From NCBI GenBank assembly GCA_951406725.2, contig OX597816.1, positions 165,292,001 through 165,356,000 of the forward strand: a stretch of DNA of 64,000 nucleotides, read 5' to 3'. This stretch comes from Octopus vulgaris (taxonomy: Eukaryota). The notes below the pieces were generated by a model. That model saw only the letters and a list, made by a program, of their open reading frames with translations. It was not told the DNA's origin and searched no databases. The position numbers were made by a program, and so were the translations under genes. This document shows, piece after piece, positions 53,035-64,000 of the stretch (position 1 is the stretch's first letter; each line of letters opens with the position of its first letter).

Positions 53035-53641
53035 TTTTATGGACACTAAACTCTGCTTGCAAAGATCTGTTGAGGCAAGTGAAATCAAAATCAAATTCGA
53101 TGACTGGCATCTGTGCTAGCGGGGTGCAAAGAGCACCATATAAGTGTGATCATTGACAGAGCGGCTAACCGGCTTCCGTGCCAGTGGCACATAAAAGGCA
53201 CCATTCGTGTGTGATCGTTACCAGCATCGCCTTACTGGCACCTGTGCCCGTGCTAGTAGGGTGCTAAGAGCACCATCCGAGCGTGATCATTGCCAGAGTG
53301 GCTAACTGGCTTCCGTGCTGGTGGCACGTAAAAGGTACCACTCGAGCGTGATCGTTACCAGCGTCACCTTATTGGCACCTGTGCCGGTGGCATGTGTAAA
53401 AAGATTCGAGCGAGGTCGTTGCCAGTGCTGCCTGACTGGCCCCCGTGCCAGTGGCACGTAAAATGCACCTACTATACTCTCAGAGTGGTTGGCGTTAGGA
53501 AGGGCATCCGGCTGTAGAAACTCTGCCAGATCAAGATTGGAGCCTGGTGCAGCCATCTGGTTCGCCAGCCCTCAGTCAAAATCGTCCAACCCATGCTAGC
53601 ATGTAAAGCGGACGTTAAACGATGATGATGATGATGATGAT
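53035..53641 (+). mobile_element. RTE 3'UTR fragment (family E) with several tandem units
   Basis: Repeated GCACCAT.CGAGCGTGATC.TT.CCAG units, family E tail and (GAT)n. Confidence 0.75.
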
Positions 53642-54726
53642 AGCTGCTATATTGATCTAGTTGGATCTCATCAGTACAGCATGGTCGAGAATCTAGGGTC
53701 TATTAAACAATGCATTAAATTAAATTAACTTTACAGCACAAAAGGGGAAGCAGGTTAAGGAAGGTATACATTGAAGTCAACATTGTTCATTAGTAGAGCA
53801 GAAGAGAAAGAAATGGAGAAGTGGAGGTTTCTTTCTATAATAATAGAATTCTACCATTGTTTACAGTGGTTTCAGCTCCTCAAGAAAAGTAGCACATTTA
53901 AGTTCACACCCAATCTTTTAAACATGAAACTGACCAGAAGTACTTTCACAGGATATAATGGAGTGGTCTACATAAAAAAAAAAACAACAACACCCACACA
54001 GCTTTAGAGCCCTCTTCACCTGTTCACCTTGCAACTTCAGACATCTGTGAGAACTGAAGTTCAGCTAACCTCAATTGTTTCTTGAAGCTTCAAGCAGTTT
54101 AAGATTTAATGATGTAAAACAAGTACTCTCACACAACTTCAAAAACACCATTTTTAATTTACTTTTGTGTCTCAAATAATGATGATGATGATAATAATAA
54201 TTCAAATTTTTAGCACAAGGCCAGCAATTCTAAAAAGAGGAGGCAGTCATTTACATTCACCTGGGACTTTATTATTTCAGAGACCTTGACAGGATGAAAG
54301 TCAACTTTGGCAGCATTTGAACTCAGAATGTAAACCCACAAATAATGTTGCTAAGCATTTTGTCCAACACGCTAATGGTTCAGCCAGTCTGCCAGCTGAA
54401 CAATAACAGTTCTTTCCAATTTCGGTACAAGGCAAGCATATTGGCAACATATTTTGAAGATAGGGGTAAGTTGGTTACATGACTGGTATTATATTCTATC
54501 ATCCCAGAAAGGATGAAAGATAATAAAAATAATCATCCTTTCTACGACAGGCACAAGACCAGAAACTTGTGGGGAGAGAGCTGGTCAATTGTGTCAACCC
54601 CGGTACTCAACCAGTGCTCATTTCATTGACCCTGAAAGGATAAAAGGTACGGTTGACCTCAACAGCATTTGAATGTAGAGTCAGAAGAAATGCTGTTATA
54701 CATTTTATCTGGCACTGTAGCGATTC

Positions 54727-55275
54727 TGCCTGGTAAGGCAGTGGTTCTCATCTTAACTGATTGGAAGTGTTATCATGTACATTGTTTTGTCTTGCTATAA
54801 AAGATGGCCTACAGCAAATATTCTGCTCAATACCACAGATTTGCTTGTCAGTTGTTTGACCTCAACCAGTTGAGCATGTCCTTTAGTGGCTGATGATATG
54901 TGCATCTCCGATCACGAGCAGAAGTAGTGGGGGAGCATCATAGCCATGTGTTGAGAGGGATTCTTTGGGGTTTGAATAATTCACCTCTGGAAACATGGCT
55001 GTTTCATTCAACATCCTTAAACAACCCTTATTCAGAGACCTTTTGAGCGAGATGGGTTACTCAACCAGAAGAAAATTCTAACTGGGCCCCACCTGCAAGG
55101 TCATGTGCTGTTTATCTTGATATGAGATCACCATGTCATGCACATATGGTTGTGATGCATGTGTCTATCTTACCCGTATCAGACATGTAGTCATGATGGT
55201 TATACTGGGCTTCATATATTTTACCCCAGTGTCACTTTGATGGCATGCCCTGTTCTCTCACTCAATAATAATAAT
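54727..55275 (+). mobile_element. (TAA)n-tailed retroposon, inverted copy of 18690-19190
   Basis: High identity over about 500 bp, with an extra internal segment at about 54990-55065. Confidence 0.65.
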
Positions 55276-55768
55276 TATCAAGTTCAACAAAAAGAAAATT
55301 TAACTCTTGTTTTCCTTGTTTCAGTCAGTGGAATAAGGTCCAGTACTTTTCCTTGAAGTTTGGCATTTATTTTAACAATCTCAATTGCAGAACCATAGAC
55401 AAACCAATACCAGTTATCAAATGGTGGTGGTGGTGGTGGTGGTGGTGAGAAACACACCCACATACCTATATACAATCAACTCATAAAGGATTAGTTGGCT
55501 TCAAGCTATAGCAGAAGACATTTGCCCAAGGTGCCATGCAGTGGGACTGAACCCAGAACCATGAGTCTGGGAGGCAATCTTACCACACAGCCAATCCTGT
55601 ACCCATATATATATAAATGTATAGAGTGAATCTCCTGGTGGCTTTAATATTAGGGTCCACCAGCCAGATTACCCATGCAGATGATTAGTTTTCAATGGTG
55701 AAGGGAACGGATATGTAGGACCAGCTGTACTTTGGGAAAACAATGACAGAAAGATACATACATACAGG

Positions 55769-55817
<49 letters not shown>

Positions 55818-56939
55818 TGTGGCAAATATCTGTACCATGTATGTATGTACACCTACACACCCATACCCACATATCATTACAATCTTTTATGCATGCATGC
55901 TTTACATGTCCACATGAATGCACACACATTGAAAGCTTATGAAATTTTCCCTAAGATGCTACAATCAGGCAGTTACCCATGGAAATTACATCCCAAACTC
56001 CTACTGTAATTACCTATAATGATAATAAATGGATAATTCATGGAAGCACCAATTTTTACCATTATGCTTATCGAGAAAATTCTATCAGGTAAGCCTTCAA
56101 CCATTAATTACTATTATCTAGTTCAAACGACCAAGATTCCTCTCTAATCTCCACCCAACCTCGTGAAAAATCTATCATAAGAAATGGTTACTTAAAGAAG
56201 TACAGAGTTTGCCAAAGTTTGAATCAACACGATCCTTTGTATGATAATTCAAGAGAATCTCTAAAAATAGCATCTGAAACTCCCTAAAAAAATCATCACC
56301 GTTGTCATCTAGTATCTGTTTTTCATGCTAGTATGGGTTAGACCGTTTCACTGGAACTGGTAAACCAAAGAGCAGCACCAGACTCCAATCTGTTTTGGCT
56401 TGGTTTCTATGGCTGGATGCCCTTCCTAATGCCAACCACTCCATAGAGTGTCTTTTATGTGTCACCAGTATGGGTGTTGAACATCTTTTTATCGTTTACA
56501 TTTTTAATTGTTTCAGTCATTAGACTGTGGCCATGCTGGGGCACCGCCTTGAACTTTTAGTCAAATGAATTGACCCCACTGCTTTTTTATATTTAAAGCC
56601 TGGTATTTATTTTATTGGTTTCTTTTGCTGAACAACTAAGTTACAGTTGTTGAGTGGGGGACAAACAGATCCACACACACACACACACACACGATGGGCT
56701 TCTTTCAGTTTCTGTCAAACCAAATCCACTCACGAGGCTTTGGTTGGACCAAGGCTATAGTGGAATACACTTGCCCAAGGTGCCACACACTGGGACTGAA
56801 CCTGGAATCATGTGGTTGGGAAGCAAGCTTCTTATCACACAGCTATGCCTGAGCCTGCATAGAATACATTTTTCAAAGTGAAAATATTTGGTAAAGTAAG
56901 GAAACAGAGAATGGTTTAACTTTCAGAGGTGAAATTTCA

Positions 56940-57119
<180 letters not shown>

Positions 57120-57664
57120 TTAGTGAGTAGTTTACAAGCATAAAATAATGACTTAAGGAGTAAAGCAGTAGAATGTGTAATGCTAGTTTAATGATATGCT
57201 ATGTGGAATGTGCCGAACAACTGTGAGCCATATTCAGGGCTCACCTTTCCTCCATTACAATCATGATGATGAGGATGATACTGGCTACACTAAAGTCCTT
57301 GATGTAATACTAAAGGAAAGACTCCAAGATGCTCATGGCCTAAACGGTATGTTGAATAATGGTTGCAGCACACAAAGAAACAATGTGTTCCAATTCCACA
57401 TGTGTACAGACATGTGATAATAATGACTTTAACCCAACGGTTGGCAAAGGGGCCAATACTAACCCACGGGGATGGGGTAGGGAGGGTCTATGTGGCTATC
57501 CAAGGGGTCGATAAACACCTGAAATGATTTTGAGCATTAACAGCGATGAATTGTAAGTGAGCCAAATCTGCAAGGGTGCTGTAATTTAAGGCTAAAAAAC
57601 ACTAATTTTCATGCAAATATTGAGGCAATATAAACTCGTATTCACCAAACATATTTCATATTAA

Positions 57665-57870
57665 CCTTTTCGTTACCAACCCAGCTGAAACCCGCTGTCT
57701 CTGTACTACAAATGTCTTGTTTCCTTAAGTTTTGAATTAAAATCTTTCACCAAACCTTACTCACAATTAATGTTCCTAACACTAGCTTAATGATAAAGTT
57801 ATTTTACCAAATTATTTGTTATATTTAAAGAAACACAGAGCATCTCAAAATAAATACAGTAATGAAAGGG
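57665..57870 (-). mobile_element. piggyBac-type MITE P1, single copy
   Basis: TTAA-CCTTTTCGTTAC...GTAATGAAAGGG-TTAA. Confidence 0.75.
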
Positions 57871-57979
57871 TTAAATATTCCAACTATATCATTACATCAC
57901 AGAATTTTTATTGTTCCTCAGTTTTACTAAGTAAATCCTTTAAATTTCCTTATTTTTTAAGAAGTAGCCATGACACTAA

Positions 57980-58205
57980 AGAACAAGGAATTATTTACAT
58001 TCGACATATATTTGACCTCATCTTGTTTGGTGTTAACACAACGTTTTGGCTGATATCCTCTCCAGCCTTAATCAGGTGTCTTGGGAAAATTTCAAACCTG
58101 GGTTCTCATTCCTAAGGTATTTTCTGATATATTATTATTATTATTCAGGTCACTACTTAGAATCTTGGGGTTAGTAGCCCGCACTCTTAACCACTACACC
58201 ATATT
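57980..58205 (-). mobile_element. tRNA-headed SINE-like element ending in a degenerate hammerhead
   Basis: Minus strand: ATGGTGTAGTGGTTAAGAGTGCGGGCTACTAACCC (A-box plus anticodon-like arm), then (AAT)n, then ACAC-CTGATTA-AGGCTG(GAGAGGATAT)CAGCC-AAAA-CG-TT-GTGT at 58036-58079. Confidence 0.6.
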
Positions 58206-60341
58206 TGACAAATATCTGTTAAATTTTAATAATGTACATAATTCCTCATCTCTTAAATATAGAACTGAAAGGAATTAGTGTTTTAAAATCTATAAATATT
58301 TTTTTATTAATTATACTTTTTAATTCTATTTTAGAAATTTACATGAAGAGGATTCCATAAAGAAGTTTACTAAATCCTGTAATCTTTAAAAAGATAATTG
58401 CGTAAGTGAACAGCAAACAGTAACTACCATGCTGTGACTCAGTCAATATTGTCTATCCTTGCTTTGGCCAACACCAGAAACAACAGGCCTACCATAGAAT
58501 CTCAGGAAGAGGAAAAGGTGGAACAGTCCAGGCTGATATGTCTTTGATTCTAAAACTATTTGATTAAAGTTGATCTGTGATTAAACGACATTACAGACAT
58601 CACAAACCAAAGAAGGAGACTATGTGTCACTTGACCAGTTACAAATTAGCAGCCTAACCTCCAGCAGGGCACGCTAGATAATGTGGTCCTTGATACACCC
58701 AACACAATGAGAAAATACAGCTGCCCTATGTCAATAAACAACAGAATCATCTTCTAAACCAAAGAGATTGCAAGACATATCATCCCCATTGCTTTAATGT
58801 CCATTTTTCCTTGCTTTTATGGGTCAGATAAAATTTATTGAGGCAGGTTTTTCTGTGGTTGGATGCCTTCCCTGTCTCCAACCTTTACCTATTTCCAAGT
58901 AAGGTAATATTTCCTCTTGACCAGATGTTTTTACAGGGTTGGAAATGAATGACACTGCTCATATGTCAGTGGCATTCATTCACAACTATCACATGATGTC
59001 AAGACGAGGACACACACACACATGGGCTTCCTTCAGCTTCCATCAACCAAATTCACTCAAAATTAACAACAATCACTACTTTCTCTTACACTCGCACCAT
59101 CATCATTTATTATTCCTGTTCTATGCCGGCATGAGTCAGACAGGTTGACTCATGAGTCTAGCAGGTCACTGGGCTGCATCAAACTCCATTGTCAGCTTTG
59201 GAACAATCTCATTGGCCACATACCCTTCCTAATGCTAACAATTTCACAGTGTGTGTCCTGGGCACTTTTCTTACATTCCACCTGCATAGCAAGGTCACCA
59301 AGAAATTTGCAAGACAAAAACAGGAAACAGGAAAAGAAGAAAAGCCACCTCGAATCAGTGTGGCATAAGGGGTGGATGGGTGGGTTAATATTTGAGAGGC
59401 GGGTAAGGAGGTTATTATGCCAGGTATTGAAAAACTGACACAACACGAGGAAGGAATCAATACCTCACAACAATATATATAACAGAATTACAGTGTAAGC
59501 CATGACAACTGAAAAATCATTCAAAATGATTAGAAAATATACAAAACAAAACAAGAAAAAAAGCAAATTAAAAAATTTCTATTAGAGACAAAAGAAAGAA
59601 AAGAACGATGTGCATATTTCTAAACATGGCACACAATGTTCTTGCAGACACGCGTTTATATTCTAAAACTGTCTACATGCAAGAGAATAATAAAATGCCA
59701 TATTCTATTGTCGTACATTCTTTGAAACTGAAATACTTCAGTAAATTGCTGTATTACATTTTATTAAATGATTTACCTCCCCCAAGGCTGCAATTTTCAA
59801 ACATTGATTTCTTTTTGTGTATATATCTATATATACATACATGTATGTGTGTGTACGTATGCATCTATGTTTGTGTGTATGTGTGTTTTGTATCTCCAAG
59901 AGAAAGTCATTGCATACATGTGTGTAAAAGTCTATTTCTGTGGGTGTATGCATGCACACACACACACAGACAGAAGTATGGTTGTGTGGCTGGAAAGATT
60001 ACTTTCTAATCACATAATCTCAGGTTCAGTTTCACTGTGTGGCACCCCAGGGATGAATGCCTTCTACTATAGCCCCACTGGCCAACACTTTTGGAAGTTA
60101 GTCATGTGTGTGTGAAATATATATATATATATATATATATAAATATATATACATAGAAGTAAATATATGGCACAACGAAGTACCGATATTTACTGGAAAA
60201 GTAATAAATACGATGCTAATGTATAACTTCACCGCGTATGTACTAGCAAAAAATTTTCCCTCATGGGCTATTCTTTCCTGGAAAGCAATACTCTTGTATT
60301 GCATTACTATTTTTATATATACACACACACACACACACACA

Positions 60342-60453
60342 CAGTGTGTCCAAAGACATTCGCCAGATTCTTATGTTTCAATTAATAATAATACAATAAC
60401 GCAATACAATGTACAATAAAATAAAAATTGGGTGAAACTTTCTGGACACCCTG
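60342..60453. mobile_element. Short Tc1/mariner-type MITE in a (CA)n/(TG)n context
   Basis: TIR-like ends CAGTGTGTCCAAAGACATTCGCCC / GGGTGAAACTTTCTGGACACCCTG. Confidence 0.5.
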
Positions 60454-60474
60454 TGTGTGTGTGTGTATATATAT

Positions 60475-60972
60475 GCTTGACAAGACCTGTTGAATCAAGT
60501 AAAACCAATATTGTAGCTGTGACCAGTGGTCCCTGACAGGCTCCCATGCCAGTGGCACATAAAAAGCACCATCCAAATATGGTCAATACCAGGTCTGCCC
60601 GACAGGTTCCTATGGCAGTGGTATGTAAAAACCACCACTTAAATGTGGCCGATGCCAGTACCCTCTGACTGGCTTCTGAGCTGGTGGCACGTAAAAAGCA
60701 CCATTTGAATGTGGCCGATGCCAGTACTCCTTGACTGGCCCCTGTGCCAGTGGCACATAAAAAGTACTATCCAAGCATGGTCGATGCTAGGCCTGCCTGA
60801 CAGGCTCCTATGCCAGTGACACATAAAAAGCACCTACTACACTCTCAGAGTGGTTGGCGTTAAGAAGGGCGCTAGCTGTAGAAACATTGCCAGATCAGAT
60901 TGGAGCCAGGAGACCTCAGTCACACCATCAACCAATGCCAGCATGGAAAACAGATGTTAGATGATGATGATA
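60475..60972 (+). mobile_element. RTE 3'UTR fragment (family E)
   Basis: About five 60-bp units plus the tail. Confidence 0.75.
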
Positions 60973-62636
60973 TATGGCCAAGTACTCCATTGCATATAAT
61001 AACGAGTGTTTCAGATGATTCAATCAATAGAAGAGCCTGCTTGTGAAATGAACATGGAAGAGACTGATCACTCCACAGACACGTGCCCTTAATGTAGTTC
61101 TTAGAGAGAGTCAGTGTGACACATAATATGATAAGGCTGGTCCTTTGAATTACAGGTACTACTCATTTTTGCCAGCTGAGTGGACTGGGGCAACATGAAG
61201 TAAAGTGTCTTGTTTAAGGACACAATGTACCACTGGGAATCTAACTCATGGCCTTATGATTGTGAGACAAATAAACAAACCAGTAAGCTATGTGCCTTCA
61301 CACACACACACATATACACCCCTGCACGCCGTCATAAACGGCCATGGATGAAAGTGCCAGTTGCCTAGTTGTTTGCCCCAGAGGAAAAGCATTGTCTGTG
61401 GTTGAGAAGCCCAATGCACAAATGGTGATCTCTGCTACAAAACCGCACTTGTAGGCTGTCCCATTGTTGTTTGAGTCATATGTTTTACTGTGGATTTACC
61501 ATTTTTTAGCATTCACCAATTGACCTCTTCATTCGATAGCACCCTCCACATCTGGGCAGATTACGGAAGACAGGTTGTTGCCCATGCAGCAACCCCCCCC
61601 CACCTCCCCATGTCATGGATAGATCAAAAGGAATAGCATGACCATTACAATTTGGAACCAGTGCTGTCACAGTTGATAGAATGAGGTCGTAATGTGTAAA
61701 TGTAATATATCAAAGCAGCAAGCTGGCAGGACCGTTAGCAGTATTTCATCCTTTTGAGGGTCAATAAATTAAGTAACAGTTGTGTACTGGGGTCGATCTA
61801 ATCAGCTGGCCCCCTCCTCCAGAATTTCAGGCCTTGTGCCTAGAGTAGAAAAGAATATTTAGTAGCTCCAATGGCAACGAGCTGGCAGAAACATTAGCAC
61901 GCTAGGCGAAATGCTTAACATTCTGAGTTCAAATTCCACCAAGGTCAACTTTGCCTTTCTTCTTTTGGGGTTGATAAATTAAGTACCAGTTGCATACTGG
62001 AGTTGATCTAATCGACTGGCCCCCACTCAGCCCAAAATTTGAGGCCTTGTGCCTAGAGTAGAAAAGTATATATAAATATATATACATTGTCTTTTAACAT
62101 CCATGTTCCATATAATAAATACATATATGAGCTAGGTATGTGTACGCATGCTAACACTACTTGACAACCAGTGTTGGTTTGTTTATGTCCCTGTAAATTT
62201 AAAGTTCAGCAAAACAAACCAATAGAATAAGTAATGGATTTGCAAAAATAAAAACTCCAGCGAATTCGTTCCACTAAACCCTTCAACCCAGTATGACTGA
62301 AAGAAAGGGAGGGAGGGAGGGAGGGAGAGAGAGAGAGAGGGAGAGAGAGAGAGACTTTACATTGTTGCTGTTTGAGTCAAAGCAGTGATGTTTGTCTATA
62401 TTCCCAATGAACTCAGAACATAAGCTATATCTATAGAATTATCATCATCATTTCACCTCTATTTTCCATACCATACTGGCTTGGAAAACACTACCATAAA
62501 ACACTGCTTATATAGATTTTGTCTAACCAATGCAACCAAGCAAGATCAGATATAAAAAGCATGATAGTGATGGTGTATGATGTTGCATAAAGGAGAGGCA
62601 GTTTGGCTTTGTGCCAAGAAGATGCACTGCATATAC

Positions 62637-62943
62637 TAGTTAGTTAATTTGGCTCAAAAGCAAATAGCAAGGCCATGTAGGGGGACATGGAGTTAAGTAC
62701 AGGGTGGTGTTCATGTAAAGAGTTCAGGCCACTTGAGGTCAAGGGAGGCTTTGAACAAGGCAGTCGTCGGCATCTTCACCATCTCGTCTGGCAGCTTGTT
62801 CCACGGATCCGCAACCCGGACGGAGAAAGCTCCTCTCCTTCGATGAAATCGGCGCAGGTAGAGCTTTTCGGAATGACCCCGCAGCCGACGCTCTGGAGCA
62901 GGAGTGAAGAACAGCTCTTTCGAGAGGTTACACTTTCCGCTTA
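62637..62943 (-). mobile_element. CR1-clade LINE, 5' truncated, CpG-rich and probably young
   Basis: Open minus-strand frame SGKCNLSKELFFTPAPERRLRGHSEKLYLRRFHRRRGAFSVRVADPWNKLPDEMVKMPTTALFKASLDLKWPELFT* (RGH..KL / WN.LP / FK..LD CR1 C-terminal motifs), a short 3'UTR and a (TAAC)n tail. Confidence 0.8.
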
Positions 62944-63157
62944 CTAAATGATCATTGAGACAAAACTGCAGGAGGATTATAGTTAAAAATTAAGCTCCTA
63001 ACTATAGGACACATTTTTGACTCAGCATTTTCCCTATATATAAATATCAGGTTTCTTTCAGTTTATGTCTACTATATCCACTCACAAGGTTTGCGTTGGC
63101 ACATGATATAGTAGAAGATATTTAACTGTCTATCTTCTTTTTGTAAAATTTTGAATA

Positions 63158-63189
<32 letters not shown>

Positions 63190-63197
<8 letters not shown>

Positions 63198-63440
63198 CAG
63201 TGTACATCTAAACACATGAGGAATCCACTAGTGGGATTCAACACGCTAGAAAGAACAGCTAGGTTCCATAACCACAAAATTAGGGATAAAATTGTTTTTC
63301 TAGCGTGTTGAATCTCACAAGTGGATTCCTCATGTGTTTAAATGTACACTGTATTTTATGACTAATACATAGTCTTTGGACTAAATTTTTACATGTTAGG
63401 CCACTAGAATTGGAATTTATTTCCATTTCCCTTTAATATG
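63190..63440. mobile_element. Penelope-like fragment with an inverted arm in (TA)n
   Basis: Inverted arms 63190-63252 and 63297-63359 (63 bp, 3 mismatches); same layout as 698-1505 and 50075-50481; no hammerhead core visible. Confidence 0.55.
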
Positions 63441-63454
63441 ATATATATATATAT

Positions 63455-63920
63455 GGCCGTTTGCCAGCTCTGTCTGGCAACCGTGTCGGTGGCACGTAAA
63501 AGCACCATCTGTTCGCGTCCGTTGCCAGCCTCGGCTGGCCCCCGTGCCGGTGACACGTAAAAGCACCATCCGTTCGTGGCCATTTGCCAGCTCTGTCTGG
63601 CCCCGTGTCGGTGGCACGTAAAAGCACCATCCGTCCGTGTCCGTTGCCAGCCTCGGCTGGCCCCCGTGCCGGTGACACGTAAAAGCACCGTCCGTTCGTG
63701 GCCGTTCGCCAGCTCTGTCTGGCACCTGTGCAGGTGGCACGTAAAAAAACACCCACTACACTCGCGGAGTGGTTGGCGTTAGGAAGGGCATCCAGCCGTA
63801 GAAACACTGCCAGATCTGACTGGGCCTGACGAAGCCTTCCAGCTTCACAGACCCCAGTTGACCCGTCCAACCCATGCTAGCATGGAAAACGGACGCTAAA
63901 CGATGATGATGATGATGATG
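63455..63920 (+). mobile_element. Young family E element with GC-rich alternating tandem units of about 59 bp
   Basis: Alternating CCAGCTCTGTCTGG and CCAGCCTCGGCTGG units with CpGs intact, then the family E tail and (GAT)n. Confidence 0.8.
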
Positions 63921-64000
63921 ATATATAACAAATGAAAGACAGAAGATGGAATATACGAGAATTTATTATTAATCCCAATGGTTGTGGGACACTCAACAAC

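Noticed and set aside
63404-63870. 94-145-aa repetitive ORFs
   Set aside because: Read-through of GC-rich tandem units in a LINE 3'UTR; the same peptides recur wherever the repeat occurs.

Overview
Eukaryotic, AT-rich, repeat-dense genomic DNA. The SINE and LINE families resemble those of an octopod cephalopod (inference; I cannot run a search). The only protein gene I can support is an S-adenosylhomocysteine hydrolase-like gene (AHCYL1/IRBIT-AHCYL2 family) on the minus strand. Eight GT-AG exons between 57038 and 1917 splice in frame ([30 protein letters not shown]...ILDDGGD...[10 protein letters not shown]...GYGEVGKG...[10 protein letters not shown]), and both ends of the gene lie outside the window. 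The introns (up to about 25 kb) hold tRNA-derived SINEs, RTE, CR1 and R4/Dong LINE 3' fragments, piggyBac, hAT and Tc1-mariner MITEs, a non-autonomous Helitron and microsatellites. The most notable signal is a set of minimal type I hammerhead-ribozyme motifs in several unrelated Penelope-like or retrozyme-like inserts. These include a near-perfect palindrome of about 325 bp with an intact hammerhead on each strand (50157-50481), a 560-bp unit read through more than once with an inversion starting at the ribozyme (698-1505), and a tRNA-headed SINE ending in a hammerhead (57980-58205). Other points of interest are a piggyBac-type MITE dimer that appears to move as one unit, head-plus-multiple-body SINE concatemers, and local inverted and direct duplications. 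Almost all ORFs in the supplied track are spurious read-throughs of repeats.
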